From an uncultured Actinomycetes bacterium (GTDB taxonomy: Bacteria; Chloroflexota; Dormibacteria; Aeolococcales; Aeolococcaceae), in assembly GCA_964499205.1 (NCBI GenBank), contig CAZCJX010000005.1:1205-65204 (forward strand): a stretch of 64,000 nucleotides of DNA, given 5' to 3'. Shown piece after piece: positions 10,601 through 19,289 of this stretch. Numbering within the stretch: position 1 is the stretch's first letter; each line of letters opens with the position of its first letter. Below the pieces are notes generated by a model. That model made no database searches. It saw nothing but the letters and a program-made list of their open reading frames with translations, and had not been told where the DNA came from. The translations under genes were made by a program, and so were the position numbers.

Positions 10601-12190
10601 ATGGGCGCCTCCCCCGTGGGTGCCGGCGCACCCGGCGCGACCACCTCGCGACGGCCGCCCACCCCCCATCCCACGTCGCTCTCGGGCCGCATCGCCGCGG
10701 TGCTCGCCGACCCGCGCCGTGTGCTGCTCGTCGCCGCGGTGCTGGTCGCCTTCGTCGCCTGCGTCGACGTGTTGCACGACCCCGACCTCTGGTGGCACCT
10801 CCGCCTCGGCCGCTGGATCCTCGACAACCACCAGGTCCCCCACCACGAGCTGTTCACCTTCACCGCCCAGGGCAACGGGATGACCGCCCACGAGTGGGGC
10901 AGCGAGGTGCTCTTCACCCTGCTCGACCGCGCCGGCGGGGTGCTGCTCATCGCCCTGCTGATGGCCCTGGTGGCCTGGAGCGGGCTGGTCGCCCTGGCGC
11001 TGCGGGCGCGCGATCGCGGCGCCGGCGTGGTGGTGACAGCGGTGGCGCTGCTGCTCGGTGCCCGCGCGGCGCAGCCGGTGCTGGGGACGCGGCCGCAGGT
11101 GATCACCGTGGCCCTGGTGTGCTGGACGCTGCTGGTCTACGAGCGCCACCTGGTGCGCGGCGGGCGGCTGCTCTGGGTGGTGCCGCCGGTGGCGCTGCTC
11201 TGGGCCAACCTGCATGGCGGGGTGACCCTGGCGCTGGGAGTGCTGCTGCTCTTCACCGTGCTCGAGGCGTTGCGGCGGCTTTTGCGCGCGCCGGGCGCAG
11301 CGTCGTGGCGGCGCATCGCCGAGCTTGGCGGGGCGACCGCGCTGGCGGTGCTGCTGGGATGCGTGAACCCCAACGGCCCGGGCCTCTACAGCTACGTCTC
11401 GTTGACGTCGAGGACGGAGCGGCTCAAGCCGATCACCGAGTGGCAGGCGCCCAACTTCGCCGACCCATCCAACCTCGGGTTGCTGGTGCTGCTGGTGTCG
11501 TTCGCGGTGCTGATCGGGCTGGGCGGGCGGGTCAACCGGCGCGACCTGGCGCTGGCGATCACGGGGTTCCTGGCGGCGCTGCTGGCGGTGCGCAACACCT
11601 CCCTGGCGGTGGCGCTGGCGCTGCCGGCGTGGGCATCGCTGCTGCAGCAGGTGGTGGATCGGCTGCGGGCGCGGCGCGCTGCCGCGTCGGCGCCGGCGCG
11701 TCGGGCGAGGCCGCCGGCGCGCGGGCGGTCCGCGGTGATGTTCGGTGGCGTGATCGTCGCGCTGGCGCTGGCGGTTGACGGCGTGGTGGTGGGGCGCGCC
11801 GCCCACGACGCGTCACCGAGCGGGATCGCCGCCACCTATCCCGCCTGTGACGCCTCTGCGCTGCAGGGCAGAGGCGGCGTGCGCCTCTTCGCGCCCTACT
11901 TCGACAGCGGCTACCTCATCGATCGCCTCTGGCCGCAGGGGCGCGTGTTCATCTACGGCGAGTCGGCGTCACTGGGCATGGCCGTCTTCGACGACTACCA
12001 GCGGATCCTCGCCGGCGGGCCCCGCGCCGCCGCACTTCTGGCCCGCTATGGCGCCAACGCGGTGATCATCGGGCCCGGCGCGCTGCACGACACGCTGGCC
12101 GCGGATTCACGCTGGAGCGTGGGCGCGCGAAATGTGGTGCAGGGCGAGACGCTGTTCGTGCAGCAGCCGCTGGCAGCGGCAACCTGCTAG
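10601..12190 (+). CDS. Polytopic membrane protein, possible GT-C fold glycosyltransferase
   Basis: DPDLWWHLRLG, HEWGSE, RPQ, LWANLHGG, NPNG and ITEWQAP motifs; many TM helices. Confidence 0.65.
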   Translation: MGASPVGAGAPGATTSRRPPTPHPTSLSGRIAAVLADPRRVLLVAAVLVAFVACVDVLHDPDLWWHLRLGRWILDNHQVPHHELFTFTAQGNGMTAHEWGSEVLFTLLDRAGGVLLIALLMALVAWSGLVALALRARDRGAGVVVTAVALLLGARAAQPVLGTRPQVITVALVCWTLLVYERHLVRGGRLLWVVPPVALLWANLHGGVTLALGVLLLFTVLEALRRLLRAPGAASWRRIAELGGATALAVLLGCVNPNGPGLYSYVSLTSRTERLKPITEWQAPNFADPSNLGLLVLLVSFAVLIGLGGRVNRRDLALAITGFLAALLAVRNTSLAVALALPAWASLLQQVVDRLRARRAAASAPARRARPPARGRSAVMFGGVIVALALAVDGVVVGRAAHDASPSGIAATYPACDASALQGRGGVRLFAPYFDSGYLIDRLWPQGRVFIYGESASLGMAVFDDYQRILAGGPRAAALLARYGANAVIIGPGALHDTLAADSRWSVGARNVVQGETLFVQQPLAAATC

Positions 12191-12348
12191 CCCGGCGGCG
12201 TGCGGTCCTCGTCGTCCCAGCGCTGGTAGGGCCGCCGGTACTTCGGCGGCGGCTCGGCGCGCCACTGCCGGCGCAGCGCCACCAGCCGGGCGAAGGCGCC
12301 GATCAGCACCGCGGCGGCGACGCAGAGGACGACGATGAGAACCAGCAC
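12187..12348 (-). CDS. 53-aa single-TM small protein
   Basis: Manual translation MLVLIVVLCVAAAVLIGAFARLVALRRQWRAEPPPKYRRPYQRWDDEDRTPPG; fills the gap and has host-like codons. Confidence 0.55.
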   Translation of the reverse strand: MLVLIVVLCVAAAVLIGAFARLVALRRQWRAEPPPKYRRPYQRWDDEDRTPPG

Positions 12349-12373
12349 GGCGGTGTGGCGGCGACAGGCTGGG

Positions 12374-13018
12374 TCAGCCCGTCATCGTCCCTTCGGGCGC
12401 GTGGCCCTCGTGGTTCTCGTAGAACGCCTCGACCTGGTTGATGTCGAGGCTGTCCCAGCCGATGTAGTAGTCCCACGACACCGCGGCGAACTTCTTCTCC
12501 ATGCCGGGATAGGGGATGACGATCACCTTGGCGTAGGGGATCTGGCCACCGGCGGCGGGATCGGGCAGCAGCGTCTTGTGCCAGTCGATCAACTTCTGCA
12601 CGTCGCTCTGGCAGCCGGTGGGGCAGTTGTAGAGGATGGCGACGTACCCGTGCTCCAGGTTGTGCACCCAGTACTCCGGCGGGATCACCTGGTTGTACAC
12701 GCCGGGCAGGATCGGCGCCTGGTTGGCGATGTTGTAGTGGCAGCCGCTGGTCGGCGGGTTGTGGTTGTACTGCACCTGGGCCGGGGGCGCGACGTGGAGG
12801 TGGGGCATCTCGTCGATCGCCTGGCCGATGATCTTGCTGCCGTTGACCTTGGGCAGCCCGTAGGGCGACGCGCTCGCCGTCGGGCAGCTCTGGTTGCCCA
12901 CGAACTTGATCTTGGGGTACGAGATCGACGCGTCGCTGCTCGAGTCGCCGCAGGCCACGACCAGCGCGGCGACCGCACCGAGGCCGAGGACTCCGAGGGC
13001 GAGGCGTCGTCTGCTCAT
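12374..13018 (-). CDS. DUF3105 family lipoprotein
   Basis: Lipobox LVVAC, YNHNPPTSGCH, VHNLEHGYVAILY. Confidence 0.85.
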   Translation of the reverse strand: MSRRRLALGVLGLGAVAALVVACGDSSSDASISYPKIKFVGNQSCPTASASPYGLPKVNGSKIIGQAIDEMPHLHVAPPAQVQYNHNPPTSGCHYNIANQAPILPGVYNQVIPPEYWVHNLEHGYVAILYNCPTGCQSDVQKLIDWHKTLLPDPAAGGQIPYAKVIVIPYPGMEKKFAAVSWDYYIGWDSLDINQVEAFYENHEGHAPEGTMTG

Positions 13019-13101
13019 ACCGGCAGCGGACTGTACCAGGCAACCGTGTGGCGGCGACATAAACGTTCGGTGAACGGCTCGCGATTGGTAGGGTCCGGCG
13101 T

Positions 13102-13716
13102 ATGCGGCTGATCGGACTCACCGGGGGGATCGGCACGGGCAAGAGCACCGTGGCCGGGATGCTCGCCGCCCGCGGCGCCGCCGTGGTCGACGCCGACCGG
13201 CTGGCCCGCGAGGTGGTCGAGCCGGGGACACCGGCGCTGGCCGAGATCGCCGCCGACTTCGGGCCCGGGGTGCTCAACGCCGACGGCAGCCTGGACCGCG
13301 CCGCCACCGGCGCGCTGGTGTTCGCCGACGAGGCCAAGCGCCTGCGGCTCAACGCCATCACCCATCCCCGCGTCGGCGAGCTGATGCAGCAGCGCATCGC
13401 CGCGGCGCTCTCCTCGCCGGCGCCGTTGGTGGTGGTCGACATCCCGCTGCTCTTCGAGGGCGGCCGGCAGGGGCTGTTCGAGGGGGTGATGGTGGTGTGG
13501 GCGCCGCCGCAGGTGCAGCTCGCCCGCCTGGTGGAGCGCGACGGCTGGGACGAGGCCGAGGCGCGGCAGCGCATCGATTCGCAGATGCCCATCGACGAGA
13601 AGCGGGCGCTGGCGACCTGGGTGATCGACAACGCGGGACCGGTGGCAGCCACCGAGCGGCAGGTGGCGGCGTGGTGGGAGGAGCACGTCGGGGCGGCGGC
13701 AGGAGGGCAGGGCTGA
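13102..13716 (+). CDS. coaE: Dephospho-CoA kinase
   Basis: IGLTGGIGTGKSTV, DAD, ITHPRV, DIPLLFE, RIDSQMP. Confidence 0.95.
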   Translation: MRLIGLTGGIGTGKSTVAGMLAARGAAVVDADRLAREVVEPGTPALAEIAADFGPGVLNADGSLDRAATGALVFADEAKRLRLNAITHPRVGELMQQRIAAALSSPAPLVVVDIPLLFEGGRQGLFEGVMVVWAPPQVQLARLVERDGWDEAEARQRIDSQMPIDEKRALATWVIDNAGPVAATERQVAAWWEEHVGAAAGGQG

Positions 13717-13805
13717 AGGTCCCTGGCGCGGCGCGGCCTCCGGCCCTGGTGGCGCGCCGGGTGCGGCGCCTAGCGTGGACTCGTCCGGTCAAGGAGGCCG
13801 ATGCC

Positions 13806-14273
13806 ATGCCCGATCTCGCCGTCATCAACGACTTCATGGCTCACCGGCGGCTCGCCCTGGTCGGCGTGTCGCACGAGCCCAAGGCGTTCGCCAACGCCGT
13901 CTTCCGTGAGCTCAAGGGCGCGGGGTACGACGTGGTGCCCATCGCCGCCGTCGCCGACGAGGTCGACGGCGAGCACTGCTACCGCAGCATCACCGAGGTG
14001 CCCGAACCGGTCGACGGCGTGATCGTCATGGTCAGGCCCGAGGCGGCGGCCGCCGTGGTCCACCAGGCCGTCGACGCCGGGGTGCCGCGGGTCTGGCTGC
14101 ACAAGGGCGTCGGGCGCGGCTCGGTTTCTGACGAAGCTGTCGCATACTGCAGGGACCGCGGCGTGCCGGTGGTGGCGGGGGCGTGCCCGCTGATGTTCAC
14201 CGAGCATCCGGTGTTCATCCACCGCGCCCATCGCGGCATGATGCGCGCGCGAGGAGCCTTCCGCGCCGCCTAG
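13806..14273 (+). CDS. CoA-binding protein (YccU-like)
   Basis: ALVGVSHEP, CYRSITEVPEPVD, VWLHKG, GACPLMF. Confidence 0.85.
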   Translation: MPDLAVINDFMAHRRLALVGVSHEPKAFANAVFRELKGAGYDVVPIAAVADEVDGEHCYRSITEVPEPVDGVIVMVRPEAAAAVVHQAVDAGVPRVWLHKGVGRGSVSDEAVAYCRDRGVPVVAGACPLMFTEHPVFIHRAHRGMMRARGAFRAA

Positions 14274-15025
14274 TGCGCGGCCAGCCCGTCGGTCATCAGC
14301 GCGATGAGCTGCGCCTCGTCGCGGGCGTACTCCTCGCGCGTCTCGCGGCGCAGGGTGCCGATGACGTAGCCGGTGAGGATCATCTCGGCCATGCCCATGA
14401 CGGCGTAGGTGACCAGCTTGGCGTCGAGGTCGTCACGCACCTCGCGCCGCTGCTGGGCGCGCCCGATGAGCCGCTCCACGGCGTCGAAGGCGACCAGCAC
14501 GGTGCCCACGTCGTGGGCCTCCATGAACTCGTAGGAGCGCGAGATCTCGTTGATCATCACCGTCATCAGGTGGGGGTCCTGGCGGAAGGTCTCCACCCAG
14601 AAGTGCACCAGGTGGCCGATCTGCTCGCGGAAGGTCTGCGGCGAGGAGGCGATGTCGTCGACGTAGCGGACGTACAGCGACCAGCGCTCGCTGAAGATGG
14701 CGGCGAGGATCTCGTCCTTGTTGCGGAAGTGGTGGTAGACGAGGCCGTAGGCGATGCCGGCCAGCTCGGCGATGTCGGCGACGCGGGCGCCGTGGAAGCC
14801 CCGCCGGGCGAAGACCTCGGTGGCCGCCTGGAGGATGCGCTCGCGGGTGCGGGCGCTGCGCCGCGTCCGCCGCTTGGCGCCGTCCGCGGCTCCGCCATCC
14901 TGCCGGAGGGGGGCGTCGCGCCCTCCTGCCGCTCCGCGCGGCAGAGCCGCGCTGCGCTCCTCCCCCCGCTCGGCGCGTGCCCGCGGATCGCGGTGACGCG
15001 CCGAGCTCCCTCCGGTCGCTGTCAT
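14270..15025 (-). CDS. TetR/AcrR family regulator
   Basis: RERILQAATEVFARRGFHGARVADIAELAGIAYGLVYHHFRNKDEIL; overlaps the upstream stop (ATGA). Confidence 0.92.
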   Translation of the reverse strand: MTATGGSSARHRDPRARAERGEERSAALPRGAAGGRDAPLRQDGGAADGAKRRTRRSARTRERILQAATEVFARRGFHGARVADIAELAGIAYGLVYHHFRNKDEILAAIFSERWSLYVRYVDDIASSPQTFREQIGHLVHFWVETFRQDPHLMTVMINEISRSYEFMEAHDVGTVLVAFDAVERLIGRAQQRREVRDDLDAKLVTYAVMGMAEMILTGYVIGTLRRETREEYARDEAQLIALMTDGLAAH

Positions 15026-16188
15026 GCCGTGCCTCCGGCGGCGACCAGGGCGTCGTACGCGGCGTCGTCGTAGCCGACCTCGGCGAGCAGCTCGCGGGTG
15101 TTCTCGCCGTAGCCGGGTGCGGGGGTGCGCACCCGCGGCGGCGTGGCGGAGAGCTGGAAGGGGAAGCCGGTCTGCGGCAGCGGGCCGCCCGCGCCGGCGG
15201 GGATCTCCAGGCCGCGATGCCTGACCTGCTCGTTGGCGAAGACCTCGTCGAAGCGCAGCACCGGCTCGCAGCAGACGTCGCGCCCGGCCAGGCGCTCGGC
15301 CCACTCGGCCCGGGTGGCGGTGAGGAACACCGCCTCGATCTCACCGTGCACCCGGCGCGCCTCCTCGCCGGCGGCGAAGGCCTCGCCGACCAGGTGGGGC
15401 AGGTCGAGCGCCGCCATCAGCTCGGCCCAGAACTTCGGCTCCAACGCGCCCACGCTCATCCAACCGTCCTTGCAGCGATACACGTTGTAGCAGGGGTGGG
15501 CCCCGTTGAGGTGCATGGTGCCGGGGCCGGGCGCCACGCCGCCCTCGAAGAAGCGGGCGGCGTGGATGGACAGCCAGGAGACGATGCCGTCGAGCATGCT
15601 GACGTCGCAGTGCTGGCCCTCGCCGGTGGCGTTGCGGTGCTGCAGCGCGGCGAGGATGGCGATGGCCGCGCTCATCGCCCCGCCACCGATGTCGCCGACC
15701 TGCACCCCGGGCATGGCCACCGTGCCGTCGGCGGTGCCGGTGATGCCCAGCGCGCCCCCGATGGCCATGTAGTTGAGGTCATGTCCGGCACGATCGCGAT
15801 ATGGCCCGTCCTGGCCATAACCGCTGATGCTGCAGAGGATCAGCCGGGGGTTGAGCGCGTGCAGCGCCGCCCACCCCACGCCGAGCCGGTCCATCACGCC
15901 GGGCCGAAAGGACTCGACGACCACGTCGGCGGTGGCGGCCAGCCGGTTGAAGGCCTCGCGCCCCGCGTCGCTCTTGAGGTTGAGCTTGACCGAGCGCTTG
16001 TTGCGGTTGAGGGTGTGGTACATCGCCGAGTACTCGCCGTGCATCGGCGGCGACCAGCGGATGTAGTCACCGCCGACAGGGTCCTCCACCTTGACCACGT
16101 CGGCGCCGAGATCGGCCAGCAGCATGGTGCAGAACGGGCCGGGCAGCAGACGGGAGAGGTCGAGGACGCGCAGTCCGGTGAGCGGCAT
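15022..16188 (-). CDS. CaiB/BaiF family III CoA-transferase
   Basis: LDLSRLLPGP, LNRNKRSV, ESFRPGVMDRLG, GHDLNY. Confidence 0.93.
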   Translation of the reverse strand: MPLTGLRVLDLSRLLPGPFCTMLLADLGADVVKVEDPVGGDYIRWSPPMHGEYSAMYHTLNRNKRSVKLNLKSDAGREAFNRLAATADVVVESFRPGVMDRLGVGWAALHALNPRLILCSISGYGQDGPYRDRAGHDLNYMAIGGALGITGTADGTVAMPGVQVGDIGGGAMSAAIAILAALQHRNATGEGQHCDVSMLDGIVSWLSIHAARFFEGGVAPGPGTMHLNGAHPCYNVYRCKDGWMSVGALEPKFWAELMAALDLPHLVGEAFAAGEEARRVHGEIEAVFLTATRAEWAERLAGRDVCCEPVLRFDEVFANEQVRHRGLEIPAGAGGPLPQTGFPFQLSATPPRVRTPAPGYGENTRELLAEVGYDDAAYDALVAAGGTA

Positions 16189-16275
16189 GTCGGCGCGGGA
16201 GTGTAGCAAGCTGCCACACGTCGATTTCGGCGCCGCACACCTGTGCTAGATTCGCCCAAAGGAGCCTCTTCGCCA

Positions 16276-17310
16276 ATGGTGGGCAACGCCGACGTCGTCA
16301 GGACCCTGGAGCGGATCGCGGACTTCCTGGAGATCCGGGGAGAGAACGCCTTCAAGGTGCGCGCCTACCGGCTGGCCGCGGTGCAGGTGGAGAACCTCGG
16401 CGAGGAGCTGAGCGACATCCTCGCCCGCGAGGGCTCGCTGGACAGCATCGAGGGCTTCGGTCCGGCCATCTCCGACAAGGTGACCGTCCTGCTGCAGACC
16501 GGGCGCTCGCCCTACCTCGAAGGGCTGGAGGCGGAGATTCCCGCCACCCTGCTGGAGATCACCGGCCTGGCCGGCGTGGGGCCGCGCACCGCGGCGATGC
16601 TGTGGAAGGAGGCGGGCATCACCACCCTCGCCGACCTGGAGGAGGCCTGTCGCTCGGGGCGGTTGGCCGGGCTGCCGCGCATGGGGGCCAAGACGGTGGA
16701 GAAGATCCTCGCCGCCTGCCAGGCGCAGCGGGTCGAGGGGGTGAAGCAGCGGCGGCCGCGCGCGGAAGCGGAGCCGCTTGTCGCGATGCTTTTGGACACG
16801 CTGCGCTCGCTGCCGGCGGCGCAGCGGGTCGAGGTGGCGGGCTCGTACCGGCGCGGGCGCGACACCGTCGGCGACCTCGACCTGCTGGTGGCCACGTCGG
16901 CGCCCGCGGAGGTGCTGGTGGCATTCGCCGCACTGCCGCAGGTGGAACGGGTGCTGGCCCGCGGCGACACCAAGTCGTCGGTGGTGATCGACGGGCTGCA
17001 GGTCGACTGCCGCGCCGTCGCTTCCGACCAGTTCGGCGCCGCCTGGCAGTACTTCACCGGCTCGCAGAACCACAACATCCGGCTGCGCGGGCTGGCGCTG
17101 CGCATGGGGTTGACGCTCAACGAGTACGGCGTCTTCCGCGTCGACGACAACACGCGGGTCGCGGGGGAGACGGAGGAACAGGTCTACGCGGCGCTGGGTC
17201 TGCGTTGGATCCCGCCGGAGTCGAGGGAGGACCGCGGTGAGGTCGAGGCGGCGCGCATCGCGCCGTTGCCTGCCGAGCCGGAGCCGGCGGCCACCACCCG
17301 GGAGGTGTGA
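16276..17310 (+). CDS. polX: Family X DNA polymerase without PHP domain
   Basis: ENAFKVRAY, HhH motifs GVGP and GAK, AGSYRRGRDTVGDLDLL, YFTGSQNHN, LNEYG. Confidence 0.9.
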   Translation: MVGNADVVRTLERIADFLEIRGENAFKVRAYRLAAVQVENLGEELSDILAREGSLDSIEGFGPAISDKVTVLLQTGRSPYLEGLEAEIPATLLEITGLAGVGPRTAAMLWKEAGITTLADLEEACRSGRLAGLPRMGAKTVEKILAACQAQRVEGVKQRRPRAEAEPLVAMLLDTLRSLPAAQRVEVAGSYRRGRDTVGDLDLLVATSAPAEVLVAFAALPQVERVLARGDTKSSVVIDGLQVDCRAVASDQFGAAWQYFTGSQNHNIRLRGLALRMGLTLNEYGVFRVDDNTRVAGETEEQVYAALGLRWIPPESREDRGEVEAARIAPLPAEPEPAATTREV

Positions 17311-17316
17311 ATCGAC

Positions 17317-17862
17317 ATGGAGGAGCTGGTCATCAAGGTGCCGGCGCCGTTCAGCGGCGTCGACGATCTCGGCTTCAGCGCGCGCTACCCCGCGCAGGAC
17401 GTCAGCGAGCGCCTGCGCGACGTGCCGCTCTTCGTCGAGGGGCCGCCGCGGCCTATGGCGCGCCTGGTCGAGCGGCTCGCGCTGCTCGCCGAGAAGGACC
17501 GGCTGGTCGCCGACGGCGAGGACGAGGCGTACGCCTGGACGCCGCCGGTGCAGCTCACCGACGAGGTGTGCATCCTGGCCTTTCGCGACCGCAGCCTGGG
17601 GGCCGAGGCGGGGCCGGCGGGGGTGAGCGGAGCCGCGGCCGGGCCGCTGGGGCTGGCCCCGAGCGGACGGCAGTACCTCTGGAACCTGGTGCGGCCGATG
17701 GCCTTCACTTTCCTGCGCGACTGCATGCGCATCGGCGGGCTGCGGATCGCCGAGCGCATCGCCTTCGTGCTCGACGCGGGGCGGCCGCCGCTGATCGACC
17801 TCGAGGTCGAGCGGCGGGCGATCTGGCCGCAGAACGGGACGCTGCTGCTCTTCGAGGTGTAG
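17317..17862 (+). CDS. Hypothetical protein, probably co-transcribed with polX
   Basis: GGAGG RBS, starts 6 bp after polX, host-like codon bias. Confidence 0.7.
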   Translation: MEELVIKVPAPFSGVDDLGFSARYPAQDVSERLRDVPLFVEGPPRPMARLVERLALLAEKDRLVADGEDEAYAWTPPVQLTDEVCILAFRDRSLGAEAGPAGVSGAAAGPLGLAPSGRQYLWNLVRPMAFTFLRDCMRIGGLRIAERIAFVLDAGRPPLIDLEVERRAIWPQNGTLLLFEV

Positions 17863-17874
17863 GCGGAGCGCTGG

Positions 17875-18255
17875 TTACCCGATCGGGGTGGCGATCGGGG
17901 TCGGCAGCGGCGTCTGCGGTGCCGTCGGCGACGCCGTCGCGCCCGGCGTCGGCGTCGTGCCCGGCTTGGGCGTCGGCGTCGGCGGCGCCGTGGGCGGCAG
18001 CGGCGGCGTCGGGCAGTTGGCGAAGGCCGCGTTGAAGGGCGTCGGCGAGGCCGACGGGGTGGCGGGCAGGGTCGCGCCGGGGGAGAGTGACGGCCACGGC
18101 GTGTAGGAGGGGCAGGGGGGCAGCGGCGCGATGGCCTGGGTGTGGGCGCCGTTGACCAGCAGCGAGATGGCCACCGCGATGGCGCCGACGCCGACGGTGA
18201 TCACGAAGGTCGCCGCACCCCATTCCCGCTTCATCACTCGCCAGATGCGACTCAC
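17875..18255 (-). CDS. Single-TM protein with Pro/Thr-rich tail
   Basis: GTGA overlap with the galU stop; TM FVITVGVGAIAVAISLLV followed by PT-rich repeats. Confidence 0.6.
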   Translation of the reverse strand: MSRIWRVMKREWGAATFVITVGVGAIAVAISLLVNGAHTQAIAPLPPCPSYTPWPSLSPGATLPATPSASPTPFNAAFANCPTPPLPPTAPPTPTPKPGTTPTPGATASPTAPQTPLPTPIATPIG

Positions 18256-19115
18256 GCCACGTACTCCTCGAGCGCCTGCTGCAGCGCCGGACCGAAGGTG
18301 GGATGGTCGCGTGCCGTCCGCACCAGTGTCTTGATCCACCCCTCCGGGGTGCCCACGTCGAGCAACTCGCCCTCGAACTCCAATCCCCAGACCTCCCCGC
18401 CGGACAGCGCGCCCGCGATGCCGTCGGTGAGCTGGATCTCGCCCCCCGCGCCGGGCCTGGTGCTCTGCAGGGCCTCCATCACCGCGGGAGTGAGCACGTA
18501 TCGTCCCATGATCGCCAGGTCACTCGGCGCCTCGTCCCGCTTGGGCTTCTCGACCATGGCGGTGACCCGGTGCAGCCGGCCGCGCGACTCGGCCACCGCG
18601 ACGGCGCCGTAGCGGGTGATCTGGTCGGGGGTGACGCGCATGAGCGCGAGGATAGGGGTGCGCAGTCTTTCGTACGCCTGGACCAGCTGAGCGAGGACCG
18701 GCGTCCTTCCCCAGCTGAGGTCGTCGGGGAGCAGGCAGGCGAAGGGGCGGTCGCCCACCACCGGCGCCGCCTGGAGCACGGCGTGGCCGAGGCCGAGCGG
18801 CTCGGCCTGGTAGACGTAGGCGAAGTTGGCGAGGTGCTCGGCGTGGCGGACGGACTCGAGGCCCTCCAGCTTGCCGCGGGCCTCCAGGGTGCGCTCCAGC
18901 TCGGGGGCGCTGTCGAAGTGGCTGGCCAGTAGCTCCTTGCCCCGGGCGATGACCATCACCATGGTCTCGATCCCCGCCGCCACCGCCTCCTCGACCCCCC
19001 ACTGGATCACCGGCTTGTCGAGCACCGGCAGCAGCTCCTTGGGGAGCGCCTTGGTGGCCGGCAGGAACCTGGTGCCCAGGCCGGCGGCGGGTATGACGCA
19101 GTGACGGACGTCCAC
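18252..19115 (-). CDS. galU: UTP-glucose-1-phosphate uridylyltransferase
   Basis: VIPAAGLGTRFLPATKALPKELLP, QAEPLGLGHAV, VEKP, GEIQLTD. Confidence 0.95.
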   Translation of the reverse strand: MDVRHCVIPAAGLGTRFLPATKALPKELLPVLDKPVIQWGVEEAVAAGIETMVMVIARGKELLASHFDSAPELERTLEARGKLEGLESVRHAEHLANFAYVYQAEPLGLGHAVLQAAPVVGDRPFACLLPDDLSWGRTPVLAQLVQAYERLRTPILALMRVTPDQITRYGAVAVAESRGRLHRVTAMVEKPKRDEAPSDLAIMGRYVLTPAVMEALQSTRPGAGGEIQLTDGIAGALSGGEVWGLEFEGELLDVGTPEGWIKTLVRTARDHPTFGPALQQALEEYVA

Positions 19116-19160
19116 GGCGGCGCATTGTCCCCTCTGGAGCCGCTTCGGCGCCACTTCGCC

Positions 19161-19189
19161 TCGGCCCGCGCCGTCGCCGCACGTATAAT
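19161..19189 (+). promoter_or_regulatory. Probable tRNA promoter
   Basis: Perfect TATAAT at 19184-19189, 23 bp upstream of the tRNA; the -35 is weak. Confidence 0.5.
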
Positions 19190-19212
19190 TCGGCCCCGCT
19201 GCCCGCCAGCCC

Positions 19213-19289
19213 GCCCCGTTCGTCTAGTGGTCCAGGACACCGCCCTCTCAAGGCGGAGATCATCGGTTCGAATCCGATACGGGGTACCA
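19213..19289 (+). tRNA. tRNA-Glu (CTC)
   Basis: Acceptor stem GCCCCGT/ACGGGGT, anticodon arm CCGCC-CTCTCAA-GGCGG, T-arm ATCGG-TTCGAAT-CCGAT, encoded CCA. Confidence 0.95.
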
